DNA from: Oscillospiraceae bacterium | GTDB taxonomy: Bacteria; Bacillota; Clostridia; Oscillospirales; Ruminococcaceae | NCBI GenBank assembly: GCA_040766825.1 | Contig: JAXGPS010000001.1 | Span: forward strand, 13,411-77,410 | Reading direction: 5' to 3' | Length of the DNA: 64,000 nt | Shown: one piece after another, positions 21,438 through 32,903 of the stretch | How the letters are laid out: each line of letters opens with the position of its first letter | Position numbering within the stretch: position 1 is the first letter of the stretch | Made by a program: the position numbers and the translations under genes | The notes under the pieces: model-generated | Databases searched by the model: none | The model's input: the letters and a program-made list of their open reading frames with translations, nothing else | What the model was told of the DNA's origin: nothing

Positions 21438-23250
21438 ATGGCAAGTTTGACAAACAACCCTAACGTAAACAAATGGGTAGACGAAATGATTGCACTTACA
21501 AAGCCTGCTAATGTTGTTTGGATCGATGGATCTGACGAACAGCTAAAGGCTCTCACCGAAGAAGTATGTGCGCTACCTGAAGGAAATAAGGATAAGCTTT
21601 ATAAGCTTAACCAAGAAAAGCTTCCTGGCTGCCTTTACCACAGAACTCTACCTAACGACGTTGCTCGTGTAGAAGACAGAACATTCATCTGTTCTAAAGA
21701 AAAGAAAAATGCAGGTCCTACAAACAACTGGTGTGACCCTGCTGAAATGTATGCAAAGCTTACACCTCTTTACGATGGCGTAATGGCTGGCAGAACAATG
21801 TACGTTATCCCTTACTCAATGGGACCTCTCGGCTCCCCTCTTGCTAAGGTAGGCGTTGAAGTTACCGACTCTATCTATGTTGTTCTTAACATGGACATCA
21901 TGACAAGAATGGGCAAGGGTGCTCTTGACAACCTTGGCGATACATCTAACGACTTCGTTAGAGGACTTCACTCTAAGGCTGACGTTGACCCTGAAAACAG
22001 ATACATCGTTCACTTCCCTGAAGATAACACAATCTGGTCTATCAACTCCGCTTACGGCGGTAACGTTCTTCTTGGTAAAAAGTGCTTCGCTCTTAGAATT
22101 GCTTCATACCAAGGTTGGAAAGAAGGCTGGATGGCTGAACATATGCTTATCCTCGGCGTAGAAAAGCCTGACGGAGATGTTAAGTACATCACTGCTGCTT
22201 TCCCTTCTGCTTGCGGTAAGACAAATCTAGCTATGCTTATTCCGCCAGAATGCTACACAAGCCAAGGATACAAGGTTTATACAGTCGGTGACGACATCGC
22301 TTGGATGAAGCCGGGTGAAGATGGCAGACTTTATGCTATCAACCCTGAAAACGGATTCTTCGGCGTTGCTCCTGGTACAAATGCTAAGTCCAACTACAAC
22401 GCTCTAGCATCTACAATGAAGAACACAATCTTCACAAACGTTGCTCTTAACAACGAAGACAACACTGTTTGGTGGGAAGGTCTTGATAAGAACCCTCCTG
22501 TTGACGCAACTGAATGGAAGGGCGCTAAGGTTAACGGCGTAGAGTTTACTGCTGATAAGGCTAACAAGCTTGCTCATCCAAACAGCCGTTTCACAGCACC
22601 TGCTATCAACTGCCCATGTATTTCACCAGAATTCAACAACCCTAAGGGTGTTCCTGTTTCTGCTATTATCTTCGGCGGCAGACGTGCTAAGACAACTCCG
22701 CTCGTATATCAGTCATTTGACTGGGCTCACGGTACATTTATCGGTGCTTCTGTTTCTTCCGAAACAACTGCTGCTGCTACTGGTGCTGTTGGTGTTCTCC
22801 GTCACGACCCAATGGCTATGAAGCCATTCATCGGCTACAACGTAGGCGATTACTGGGCTCACTGGCTCGAAATGGGCGAAACACTTGGCGATAAGGCTCC
22901 TAAGATCTTTAACGTTAACTGGTTCAAGCTCGATGACAACGGTAACTTCATGTGGCCAGGTTTTGGCGACAACATGAGAGTTCTTGACTGGATCATCAAG
23001 AGATGTGAAGGCACTGTTGATGCTGTTGAAACAGCTATCGGCTACCTACCTAAGGCTGAGGACATCAACCTTACAGGTATTGAGGACGAAGTAACTCCTG
23101 AAATGCTTGATCAGCTTCTTGCTGTTGACAAGATGATCTTTGGAACGCTGAAGTTGCTGACCTTCGTGAATACTACAAGAGTCTTGGCGACACTGTTCCT
23201 GCTAAGATGTTTGAAGAACTTGATGCACTTGAAGCAAGACTTGCTAAGTA
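21438..23250 (+). CDS. pckG: phosphoenolpyruvate carboxykinase (GTP) (one frameshift near 23140 affects the last 35 aa)
   Basis: An ORF of about 603 aa. It has the GTP-PEPCK motifs …FPSACGKTNLAML…, …GDDIAWMK… and …NWFKLDDNGNFMWPGFGDN…. The true C-terminus …DLREYYKSLGDTVPAKMFEELDALEARLAK* is in another frame. Confidence 0.9.
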
Positions 23251-23266
23251 ATTACTAAATATTTAA

Positions 23267-23297
23267 CGGCACAACATTTTGTTGTGCCGTTTTTTTA
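23267..23297. terminator. bidirectional intrinsic terminator between pckG and pfk
   Basis: cggcacaaca…tgttgtgccg (a 10-bp stem) followed by T7. Confidence 0.7.
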
Positions 23298-23332
23298 TAT
23301 GCAAAACCATGTGCGTTAATTTTAATGAATTC

Positions 23333-24412
23333 TTAGTCCCCAAACGAAACGCCGAGTTTCTTAGCTGTAATTATAAGTTGGTCGTCAGTTGGAACTAGCT
23401 TTGGCTTGCCTGCAATATCCGAAAGCTTGTTAGCTTTAACAACACCATCGACCATTGCCACTGTCATTCCATATTCCTCATCAAGCAGCAGTTTTGTTGC
23501 ATGAACTCCGAATTTTGTAGCAAGAATTCTGTCATATGCTGACGGACTTCCACCACGGAGCATATGCCCCGGAACGCAAGCCCTTGTTTCAATTCCAGTG
23601 ATTTGCTCAAGCTGTTTAGCGATTGTGCTTGTAGCTGTTACAATTCCTTTTTCAGCACGTAAGGCTGCTCTCTGCTTCTTCTTGAGTTTTGCCTCGTCAA
23701 CGTCATAGCACCCTTCAGCAACGGCAATTATTGAAAAATCCTTGCCTTGAGATTTCCTCTTGAGTATTGCCTTTGCGACCTCGTTTATATTGTATGGGAT
23801 TTCAGGGATTAGTATAACATCTGCTCCACCAGCAATTCCAGCATTAAGTGTAAGCCAGCCTGCTTTATTGCCCATTATTTCTACTAGCATAACCCTGTCA
23901 TGAGAGCAAGCTGTTGTGTGAATTCTGTCTATAACTTCCGTTGCAATATCAACCGATGTGTGAAATCCGAAAGTAACGTCCGTCCCGAAAATATCGTTAT
24001 CTATTGTTTTTGGAAGTCCGATTACATTAAGCCCCTCCTCCGAGAGTAAATTCGCCGTTTTATGCGTGCCGTTGCCGCCAAGCGTTAGTAAGCAATCAAG
24101 CTTTTGCTTTTTGTAGGTTTCCTTCATCGCCTTTACTTTATTTACATTATCATCACCAATTACCTGCATCATTTTATATGGAGTACGCTTTGTGCCGAGA
24201 ATTGTGCCGCCCTGCGTAAGAATTCCCGAAAAATCAGACTGCTTCATCTCCTTGCACTCATTGTTAATAAGTCCTGAATATCCGCCAGCAATGCCGATTA
24301 TCTCAACGTCATCACCCATCTTTTCGTAGCAAGCCTTTGCAACACCACGAATTGTTGCGTTTAGACCGGGGCAATCTCCCCCGCTTGTAAGAATTCCAAT
24401 TCGTCTTTTCAT
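23333..24412 (-). CDS. pfkA: 6-phosphofructokinase
   Basis: An intact 359-aa ORF. It starts MKRRIGILTSGGDCPGLNATIRG and contains …GGNGT…, …IDNDI… and …MGNKAGW…. Confidence 0.9.
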   Translation of the reverse strand: MKRRIGILTSGGDCPGLNATIRGVAKACYEKMGDDVEIIGIAGGYSGLINNECKEMKQSDFSGILTQGGTILGTKRTPYKMMQVIGDDNVNKVKAMKETYKKQKLDCLLTLGGNGTHKTANLLSEEGLNVIGLPKTIDNDIFGTDVTFGFHTSVDIATEVIDRIHTTACSHDRVMLVEIMGNKAGWLTLNAGIAGGADVILIPEIPYNINEVAKAILKRKSQGKDFSIIAVAEGCYDVDEAKLKKKQRAALRAEKGIVTATSTIAKQLEQITGIETRACVPGHMLRGGSPSAYDRILATKFGVHATKLLLDEEYGMTVAMVDGVVKANKLSDIAGKPKLVPTDDQLIITAKKLGVSFGD

Positions 24413-24440
24413 ATTATTTTTACCTGCCTTTTTTTAAGTG

Positions 24441-25100
24441 TTAGTCAATTTGGATTAGAGCCATGAATATCGAAAAATAATGAAAAATGCTCCCCCCAAT
24501 AGTGAACAAGTGCCATATTGAGTGCATATATTTTATCTTCTTCATTGCATAAAATATTATTCCGACTGTATAGAAAGCACCGCCTATAATCAAAAATATC
24601 AACGATACTTTCGGAAGTGCCTCGACCATTGGCTTAATCGCCAAGAATATCGCCCAACCCATTACAACATAGCAAATTGTATTGAAAATTCGAAACTTCT
24701 CAAGATTTATGGAATTAAGAGTTATCCCAAGCACCGTAACGCCCCATATAATCCCGAAAATCGTCCACCCGAGCGGTCCTCTTAGCGTGACTAGGGTGTA
24801 CGGCGTATATGTTCCTGCTATTAGGAAAAATATCGTATTATGGTCCATTATCCTGAAGAATGTCTTTGCTTTAACATTTGTTATTGAATGGTACAGTGTT
24901 GACATTGTGTATAAAATTATGAGCGATGCTCCGTAAATGCTTGAACTTACCACCGCCCACGCATCAGCGTAAATCGCCGAAAACACTATCAAAACGACCG
25001 TTCCTGCTATCGCAAGCAAGCCGCCTGTGCCATGTGTTACGGCGTTGAAAATCTCCTCGCCGAGAGTATATCGCTTGTTTAGAGGTGTTTTTTCTTCCAT
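24441..25100 (-). CDS. hemolysin III / PAQR-family membrane protein
   Basis: An intact 219-aa ORF with 7 TM segments and conserved His residues (HGTG…, …HNT…, …HLF…). Confidence 0.85.
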   Translation of the reverse strand: MEEKTPLNKRYTLGEEIFNAVTHGTGGLLAIAGTVVLIVFSAIYADAWAVVSSSIYGASLIILYTMSTLYHSITNVKAKTFFRIMDHNTIFFLIAGTYTPYTLVTLRGPLGWTIFGIIWGVTVLGITLNSINLEKFRIFNTICYVVMGWAIFLAIKPMVEALPKVSLIFLIIGGAFYTVGIIFYAMKKIKYMHSIWHLFTIGGSIFHYFSIFMALIQID

Positions 25101-25223
25101 TTAAGCAAGTCCTTTCTACATCGTCTTTATTTATTATTCATTCCCAAAACTTAAATATACTACCAAGTATACCACTAAACCTATTCAAAAGCAACAAATT
25201 CCGCTCTCTGCATAAAATATTTA

Positions 25224-25252
25224 TGTTGAAAGTGCTTTGTTTATATGCTAGA
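25224..25252 (+). promoter_or_regulatory. putative sigma-A promoter of the two-component operon
   Basis: TTGAAA, a 17-bp spacer, then TAGAAT. Confidence 0.35.
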
Positions 25253-25367
25253 ATTAAAAATAACTACATTTTATCACGCTTTTTTCACAATGACGTGTTA
25301 AGGTTAGTGTGAGATTTAACGAAACACTATCACATTTCATATAAATTATTATTAGGAGGATTTGAAA

Positions 25368-26039
25368 ATGAGCCGAATTCTTATTGTTGATGACGAGGAG
25401 AGCATTCGCAACGTTGTGCGTGAATATGCCGAATACGAAGGTTATGAAATCACCGAAGCTGAAAACGGCAGAGAGGCTGTTGAGGCTTGCCGTCGCAGCG
25501 ACTTTGACTTAATTATTATGGATATTATGATGCCAAAGCTCGATGGTTTTTCTGCTTGCAAGGAAATTCGTCAGATAAAGCAGATACCTGTTATCATGCT
25601 TTCTGCTCGTGGTGAGGAATACGACAAGCTTTTTGGCTTTGAAATGGGTATTGATGACTATGTTGTAAAGCCTTTTTCCCCGAAAGAACTAATGGCAAGA
25701 ATTAAAGTCGTTATTAAGCGTAACAGCTCTAGCCATGAGGAAACCTCGTCGCTGTTTTTCGAGGGGCTTGAAGTTAATATCCCCGGCAGAGAGGTTATTG
25801 TTGACGGTGTTAAGGCATCAATGACACCTAAGGAATATGATCTGCTTTTCTACTTAATTTCAAACAAAAACATCGCTCTTACAAGGGATAAGCTTTTAGA
25901 AAAAGTATGGGGATACGATTTCTTCGGTGACGACAGGACGGTTGACACTCATATAAAAATGCTCCGTACCAGCCTTGGTCCATACCGTAAATTCATCGTT
26001 ACATTAAGAGGAATGGGGTATAAATTTGAAGCGGAGTAA
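25368..26039 (+). CDS. OmpR-family response regulator
   Basis: The receiver domain carries DD…D54…K. The winged-helix C-terminus is …LTPKEYDLLFYLISNKNIALTRDKLLEKVWGYDF…TVDTHIKMLRT…. RBS GGAGGA. Confidence 0.9.
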   Translation: MSRILIVDDEESIRNVVREYAEYEGYEITEAENGREAVEACRRSDFDLIIMDIMMPKLDGFSACKEIRQIKQIPVIMLSARGEEYDKLFGFEMGIDDYVVKPFSPKELMARIKVVIKRNSSSHEETSSLFFEGLEVNIPGREVIVDGVKASMTPKEYDLLFYLISNKNIALTRDKLLEKVWGYDFFGDDRTVDTHIKMLRTSLGPYRKFIVTLRGMGYKFEAE

Positions 26040-27506
26040 TCAAGCCCACGCAACAAGTCTGCGTTATACAATTTGGATATACTTCATGTTCTTTATCACA
26101 ATTGTTATTGTGCTTTTGTGGCTGTTTCAGGTGGTTTTGCTCCCTACTTACTACAAAAACATGAAAACGCAAAGCATCATTAAAGTTGCTATGGCAATAG
26201 CTCGTGATGCCGGAACAGAAAATTTTAACGCCAGCCTGAAAAGCCTCGCCTATGAAAATAGTATGTGCATTGAAATCATTGATAAGTACGGACGTTCAGT
26301 TTGTTCTGAGGATATGATGGGCGGTAACTGCCTGCTCCACGGTGCAAACAGTCTTGCTCTTAACGGCTATATGGCAGAGCTTAACGCTAAAGATGACGGC
26401 ACTATATACTACAACGTGCATAACGAATTGTACAACAACCAAACCTTGCTTTTCGGTTTGCGACTCGGCACTAAGGAAAGTGTTTCGGGATATTTGTTTA
26501 TAAATACCTCGCTTGAGCCGTTGGAGTCTACTGTTAAAATTATTAATGAACAGCTGCTTTGGATTTCAATAATCCTCATTGCGATAAGTGCGATAATCTC
26601 CTTTTTCGTTGCAAGGCAAATATCCCACCCAATTACTAAAATCACACAGTCTGCTAAAAAGCTCGGTGAGGGTGAGTATGGAGTAAAGTTCGAGGGTAGT
26701 GGGTATGTTGAAGTTGAAACCCTTGCAGATACCCTTAACTACGCATCTGGCGAAATTTCAAAGGTTGACTCGCTAAGACGTGACCTTATCTCAAACATCT
26801 CCCACGATTTAAGGACACCTCTCACAATAGTTAAATCATACGCTGAAATGATTGTGACCTTTCGGGTGATAATCCTGTTAAACGTGAACAGCATATTCGT
26901 GTGATTATCTCCGAATCGGATAGGCTTGCCGCTTTAGTAAACGACATTCTTGATGTTTCCAAAATGGAAAGCGGAAATGAGGAAATTAACCTCACTCAAT
27001 TCGATATATGCAACAAAATGTATGCTGTTCTTGATAGGTATAAAATCTTCTCTGAACAGCAGGATTACAAATTTATTTACAGTCCCGACGAAGAATGCAC
27101 AGTTAGTGCCGATGTAATTAAGATTGAGCAAGTCATATACAACCTTATAAACAACGCAATTAACTACACCGGTGAAGACAGAATAATATATATCAAGCAG
27201 ATAAACAAAGAAAAAACCGTGCGTATTGAAGTTACTGATACAGGTTCGGGAATTGAGGAGGAACTCCTCCCTGTTATCTTTGATAGGTATTATCGTGCTG
27301 AAAAGAGTAAACGTGAGGTTATCGGAACCGGTCTTGGTCTTTCAATTGTAAAGGGCGTTCTGAAACTTCATAACTTCCCTTTCGGTGTCCAAAGCAAACT
27401 CGGACATGGAAGTACATTTTGGTTTGAAATAACTAAATACCAACCACCAACCAACAAAAACTCACTCGGTAGCAAAATTGCTATCGCCCCAAACAAGAGC
27501 GAATAA
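26026..27506 (+). CDS. sensor histidine kinase (one frameshift near 26855)
   Basis: Two TM segments flank an extracytoplasmic domain. The H-box ISHDLRTPLT is followed by the frame change. The ATPase N, G1 and G2 boxes are …NLINNAINYT…, …VTDTGSGI… and …GTGLGLSIV…. Confidence 0.8.
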
Positions 27507-27515
27507 ATAATAAAA

Positions 27516-27571
27516 CAGTCCCATTTAGCTTGTGCAATTAAAGCACCGACTAAACGGGACTGTATTTTTTT
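27516..27571 (+). terminator. intrinsic terminator after the kinase gene
   Basis: cagtcccatttag…ctaaacgggactg followed by T9. Confidence 0.6.
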
Positions 27572-27909
27572 GTAAATTATTTCGTTGCAAAAAAAAGAGC
27601 AGGTTTTTATAACCTGCAAAAAAGAAAATAACAAGATAATAAAGATGTGTAGAACAAAAGAAAGGAGACAACAAAACGGATGTTAATAATCTAACATCGA
27701 TTATTATTATAACTGAATTCGGAGGGTTCGTCAACCGAACAAACTGTCAATCAACAAAAAGTTAATTCTTTTCGGTGGATTGCACAAACATTTCAAGAAA
27801 ATACTAGCAAATTTATACGTTTAAACATTAACTATTTGACTACAAAATATTACTAAACTTATTCTTATCTAACTTTATTTCTACACCATATTGGTTTTTG
27901 TGGCATTTT

Positions 27910-30057
27910 TTATATGAAAAGTCTTGCAACATTAGCAACTACGCCACATATAACAATACCTATGACGGTAGGAACTATAATAGAAATCGCCGTCCACTTG
28001 AAGCTTGCCGTTTCCTTTTTGATAGTCATGCAGGTGGTCGAACATGGGAAGTGCATTAGTGAGAAAAGCATTGTGCATATAGCAGTAACCCACGTCCAGC
28101 CGTTAGAAACTAGCAGTTCCCTTAATTCAGTGAGGTTACTCATTTCAACAAGCCTGCCTTGTGCCATGTATGTCATAATAATTATCGGCAATACAATTTC
28201 ATTCGCTGGAAAGCCTAAGATGAACGCTAGCAATATCACTCCGTCAAGCCCGATAAATCTTGCGAAAGGATCAAGAAACTCCGAACAATGCGAAAGAATT
28301 GTCGCATCTGCCACTGTAACGTTTGCCATAATCCAGATTAAAAGCCCACAAGGCGCTGCCACTACAACTGCCCTGCCAAGTACAAAAAGAGTCCTGTCAA
28401 AGATTGAGCGTACTATAACTTTGCCAATTTGCGGCTTGCGATATGGGGGAAGTTCTAAAGTAAAGCTTGATGGAATTCCTTTTAAAATAGTGGCTGACAA
28501 AATCCTTGATACCAGAAAAGTCATCACAATACCTAACAAAATAACCCCTACAAGAATAAGTGTTGAAAGCACCGACTGACCTGCCGAAGTGCTTGCTATT
28601 CCTGCAAAAAACATCGTAATTATCGCAATAAGCGTTGGAAATCTGCCGTTGCATGGGACAAAATTGTTCGTAATAATGGCTATGAGCCTTTCACGTGGGG
28701 AGTCTATTATTCGGCACCCGACAACGCCTGCTGCATTGCAGCCAAAACCCATACACATAGTAAGACTTTGCTTCCCGCAAGCACAAGCTTTCTTAAAATG
28801 CTTATCAAGATTAAACGCAATTCGTGGAAGATACCCCAAGTCCTCAAGGAGTGTAAACATTGGAAAGAATATCGCCATAGGCGGCAGCATTACAGATACA
28901 ACCCACGCTAAGACACGGTAAATCCCCTGAACAATAACTGCCTCAACCCACCACGGCGTACCCAGCCTTTCAAATGCTAAACTCATTTTGTCGCCAATCC
29001 AAAACAGCCCCGTTGAGAGCAGTTCGGACGGGTAATTCGCTCCTGTTATTGTTATCCAAAACACCACTGCAAGCAGTCCTATCATAATAGGCACTCCCCA
29101 CACCTTATGGGTAAGGATTTTATCTATCTTCCTATCCCGCTCGTAATAATTAGGGTTTTCACAGCTTACGGATGCATTTGCAACGGTTTGTGCGTGATTT
29201 ATTATCGTGTTTATTATGGCATCTCCTACCTCTTGACTTGAAATTCCAACGTCTGAAAGCTTTCCCTCTGCACGTGAAATCCCTCTTTTTATCTTCTTAA
29301 ATTCCGATATATCCTTGCCTATATATTGGGAAATTGCTTTTTTTATACCCTCATTCCTCTCTAATAGACGTAAGGCAACCCACCTCGGATTTATATCCTT
29401 GCCATGAGCGGAAATTGCGACACTTATGGGTGGAATAGCTTCATCAAGGGCATCTTCAATCTCTTTAGGATAGTCTATTTTCAAGGGGAATTTAGGTGCG
29501 GCAGCAACCCTTTCAATTGCCGTTTTTAGCTCATCAAGCCCCTTTTCATCTCTTGCGATTACGCCTATTACGGCCACTCCAAGCCTCTTTTCAAGTTCTA
29601 AAAGGTCAACCTTGATTTTCTTTTTCTCTGCCTCGTCAAGAAGATTTACGCAAACAAGAGTTGCCCCACTTATTTCTGCTGTTTGCAGAACAAGGTTGAG
29701 ATTTCTCTCAAGGCAGGTAGCGTCGCACACAACCACAACAGCATCAGGCTGACGGAAACATATAAAGTCCCTTGCAACCTCCTCCTCAGCGGAGTTCGCC
29801 ATTAAAGAATATGTGCCGGGTAAGTCGACCATTATATGCTTGCGTCCCTCATGAAAATACTCGCCCTTTGCAATACAAACGGTTTTACCGGGCCAATTTC
29901 CTGTATGCTGATTCATTCCGGTAAGTGCATTGAAAACTGTTGACTTCCCAACATTCGGATTGCCTGCAAGCGCAATCACTATATCGCCGTCGTTTTTCTC
30001 TATTTTAAGACTTCCGTCAACTGCTGATATTCCTGTTGAATTTGCAGTAAGCCCCAT
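27910..30057 (-). CDS. feoB: ferrous iron transport protein B
   Basis: An intact ORF of about 715 aa. The G-domain has GNPNVGKSTVFNALTG and DLPGTYSL and is followed by the gate-motif membrane domain. The likely start is the ATG of MGLTANSTG…, with RBS GAGGTG. Confidence 0.9.
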   Translation of the reverse strand: MGLTANSTGISAVDGSLKIEKNDGDIVIALAGNPNVGKSTVFNALTGMNQHTGNWPGKTVCIAKGEYFHEGRKHIMVDLPGTYSLMANSAEEEVARDFICFRQPDAVVVVCDATCLERNLNLVLQTAEISGATLVCVNLLDEAEKKKIKVDLLELEKRLGVAVIGVIARDEKGLDELKTAIERVAAAPKFPLKIDYPKEIEDALDEAIPPISVAISAHGKDINPRWVALRLLERNEGIKKAISQYIGKDISEFKKIKRGISRAEGKLSDVGISSQEVGDAIINTIINHAQTVANASVSCENPNYYERDRKIDKILTHKVWGVPIMIGLLAVVFWITITGANYPSELLSTGLFWIGDKMSLAFERLGTPWWVEAVIVQGIYRVLAWVVSVMLPPMAIFFPMFTLLEDLGYLPRIAFNLDKHFKKACACGKQSLTMCMGFGCNAAGVVGCRIIDSPRERLIAIITNNFVPCNGRFPTLIAIITMFFAGIASTSAGQSVLSTLILVGVILLGIVMTFLVSRILSATILKGIPSSFTLELPPYRKPQIGKVIVRSIFDRTLFVLGRAVVVAAPCGLLIWIMANVTVADATILSHCSEFLDPFARFIGLDGVILLAFILGFPANEIVLPIIIMTYMAQGRLVEMSNLTELRELLVSNGWTWVTAICTMLFSLMHFPCSTTCMTIKKETASFKWTAISIIVPTVIGIVICGVVANVARLFI

Positions 30058-30448
30058 ATAACACACCTCATATGCTTTTTTTAAAATGATATGTGCTTTT
30101 ATGGCGTTATATGTTTTTTATTCACCTCCAAGCCATCGCCTTTTCAGTATTTTAACAATTGTCTTTCACACGAATTTCACAAAAGAGGGTTATTATTAAA
30201 CCATACCAAAGAAAATAAAAAACCAAATAGAAAAACTTTGGTGGATAATAAAGATGGAGGTGCTGGACAAAAGAATTTTTCGTAAAAATACCCTTTAATT
30301 AAAACCATATTAAATTCCATCTTGAATTTAATATAATCTGTGAGTTTCGTCCCCAAGAACCTCACAGCTAATTTAAATCAAGTTCCCCTCTTGATTTAAA
30401 CAAAAAAACAGACAACCATAGATAAAAAGTCTGTAAACTCAAAAGTAT

Positions 30449-30490
30449 AGCCTGCAAGGACTCCCCTTCCTTGCAGGCATTTTTTTGCTT
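30449..30490. terminator. strong bidirectional hairpin/terminator (3' end of the 30545-31252 gene and feoB leader)
   Basis: A 12-bp stem gcctgcaaggac…gtccttgcaggc, followed by T7 on the plus strand and preceded by A7. Confidence 0.6.
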
Positions 30491-30544
30491 ATTTTGTTTT
30501 AAATCTTGTTTGCTGCGGCAAATTTGCTGCGGCGAACGCTTATC

Positions 30545-31252
30545 TCACTTTAATGAGTTAATAGCTTTCCACTTGAAGTCGTCGTTATCGTATTTAATAA
30601 TGATTGTTTGATTTCTATTGCCGTTAGCTTTATCAAATACTTCTACATAGCATTTATTGCTGAAATCGTATATAATTAAGTTTGCATTGTCCGTGGATTT
30701 GAAGTAAAACTCGCTCACAGTGCTGTCGTATAGTAACATATCCTTAAAGGTTGCTATTGCAAAAAAACATTGGGTTGAACCGGAATTAAATACGTTTATA
30801 TCCTCCGTTGTAGCATTTAGAACGCTGTAAGCACTATCATAATAAGTCATTGGATACTCGCCGAAGTTCTTCTCGTAAAGCTTTCTAAACTTCTGAGAGT
30901 CCTCGCCGTTGTCAAATATGCTTTGCAGATCGTTAGGATATATAACCACTATGCCGTTTGTTTCATTCTCGCCCTTAAAGAAGTCTGAACCGGCAATATT
31001 TTCAGTTGAATCTATACTCTTAGCAAGTTCTAAGTCGCTTGCTAGCGTAATATCAAAAAGCTCATAGCTTACTGTTTGACCATCAAAGGTACCTACGCTG
31101 TCGTAAACGTACTCGGACGCTGTTTGATCAACTGAACCAAAACTCCTGATTGACGGAAGAAGCACCAGCGACGGCACTAAAATAATCGCTAAAACAACCA
31201 GCACCACTACAATGGCTAATATAATAAGAACCCTCTTAAATGATTTTGTCAT
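30545..31252 (-). CDS. hypothetical membrane-anchored protein (235 aa)
   Basis: An N-terminal TM segment (ILAIVVVLVVLAIILVPSLVLLP) is followed by an extracytoplasmic domain. No family was recognised. Confidence 0.6.
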   Translation of the reverse strand: MTKSFKRVLIILAIVVVLVVLAIILVPSLVLLPSIRSFGSVDQTASEYVYDSVGTFDGQTVSYELFDITLASDLELAKSIDSTENIAGSDFFKGENETNGIVVIYPNDLQSIFDNGEDSQKFRKLYEKNFGEYPMTYYDSAYSVLNATTEDINVFNSGSTQCFFAIATFKDMLLYDSTVSEFYFKSTDNANLIIYDFSNKCYVEVFDKANGNRNQTIIIKYDNDDFKWKAINSLK

Positions 31253-31410
31253 GATTTGCTCCTTTTTCTCGCATTATATGTCATGGTATCATTTAACCTT
31301 TTATCACTGTATTTACAATAATTTAACTAAACTCACTTTATTATAGATTAATTTTAATTAAATGTCAATATATTTTTAACAAATTCAAGTGCTTTGGAAT
31401 ATAGAAAAAA

Positions 31411-31444
31411 ATGCTATTCAATCTAAAACTTGAATAGCATTTTT
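31411..31444. terminator. intrinsic terminator of the flotillin operon (bidirectional)
   Basis: atgctattcaa…ttgaatagcat flanked by an A-run and a T-run. The arms are nearly identical to the hairpin at 34847-34876. Confidence 0.6.
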
Positions 31445-31451
31445 AAATACT

Positions 31452-32875
31452 TTATGCTTCAGCATTCTCCGTAGTATCTGCGTTAATCGCCTCTGCGCCA
31501 GCAGCATCTACGTCAATGATTTCTTTAGTTTCTGTTCCAAGGAAGCTAGGAAGGTCCATTCCTGCCTGCTTAAAAACCTCATTAAGTGGAGGAATTGACT
31601 TCATCATGCCGGAAAGGAAGTTTGCTGTTGCAGTCTTGCCCTCAGAGCCGTTTCCATTATCCCAAACAGTAACCTTGTCAATCTTGATGTTCTTGATTGC
31701 GTCAACTTGAATTTGCATTAGAGCCTCAAGCTTATCTGCTACAATTAGCTTAACAGCAGCATCTGCATCTCCGCCTGCTGCTTCTACAAGCTTCTTAATA
31801 CCTTCAGCTTGCTTTAGGAGAATTTCCATTGCACCGTTAGCCTCTGCCTGCATTTTTGCAAATATCGCATCAGCCTCACCACGTGCTTTTCTTCTTGTAA
31901 CTTCAGCCTCTGCCTCAGCAGCGATTTCTGATTGCTGCTTCTGAATTTGAGCCTTAACGATAACGTCTGCTTGTTGTGTAGCAGCTTCAAGTTCAGCACG
32001 GACTTTTTCAGCTTCCTGTTGCGCCATGTAAGCCTCCTGCCTAGCTCTTGCAGCTTGAACAGCTTCTGCTGCTGTCGCTTGACGGAGTGCCTCAGCCTCT
32101 CTCTCACGGCGATCAGCGTCGGATTTCGCAACGTTTGCTTTAGATTCGTTTTCACCCTGTACTGCAAGTGCGTTTGCAGCAGCAACTTGAATTCTTTGTT
32201 CTTGAACAGCGTTTGCCTGACCAATTTCACCGTCACGGTGCTTTTCAGCAACGGATTTCTTAGCGTCATTGATAGCCTTAGCAGCTGCTTCTTTACCCAA
32301 AGCCTCGATATAGCCGGATCTGTCTGTAATATCTGTTACGTTTACGTTGATTAGACGTAAACCGATCTTTTTAAGTTCAATTTCTACGTTTTTAGAAACT
32401 GCAAGTAGGAACTTGTCACGGTCGGTATTGATTTCTTCAATATCCATTGTTGCAATGATAAGACGTAACTGTCCGAAAATAATATCCTTTGCAAGCTCCT
32501 GAATTTCAAATAGTTTAAGTCCTAAAAGTCTTTCAGCAGCGTTGTTCATGATAGATGGCTCAGTAGAGATACCTACTGTAAATCTTGATGGTACGTCAAC
32601 ACGGATATTCTGCTTTGAAAGTGCGTTTTAAGGTCAACGTTGATTGAGATAGGTGTTAAGTCCATGTACTGATACGATTGAATTACAGGAATAATAAATT
32701 CTGCACCACCGTGTATACACTTAGCACTTCTGCGCTGTCCGTTTGCGTCTTTTCCAAGCTTACCGTATATAACAAGGACCTTATCCGATGGACACTTACG
32801 GTAACGTGAAAGTATGCCGATAATCGCCACTAAAAGTACTAGCACCCCTGCGCAAATTGCAATGATTAATTCCAT
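31452..32875 (-). CDS. floT: flotillin-like SPFH/band-7 protein (one frameshift near 32620)
   Basis: The N-terminal TM segment and band-7 start (MELIIAICAGVLVLLVAIIG…VLVIYGKLG) are in one frame. The remainder, with an Ala/Glu-rich coiled coil (…EAEALRQATAAEAVQAARARQEAYMAQQEAEK…) and the C-terminal flotillin region, is in another frame. Confidence 0.8.
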
Positions 32876-32903
32876 TAAAATAATCCCCCTTTAAATTTTT
32901 GTT

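Noticed and set aside
21172-21438. 88-aa ORF immediately upstream of pckG
   Set aside because: It lies in the AT-rich promoter region, lacks an RBS and covers the TTGACA/TATAAT promoter. It is spurious.
27914-28921. Plus-strand ORFs of 221 and 110 aa
   Set aside because: They are antisense to the intact feoB gene.
30230-30260. Fur box upstream of feoB
   Set aside because: Only half-site-like matches (TGGATAATAAAGA) are present. There is no 7-1-7 or 19-bp palindromic consensus.
31814-32354. 151-aa ORF in an alternative frame, and a 140-aa antisense ORF, inside the flotillin gene
   Set aside because: They are generated by the GC-rich, repetitive Ala/Glu codons of the coiled-coil region. The flotillin frame is the real one.
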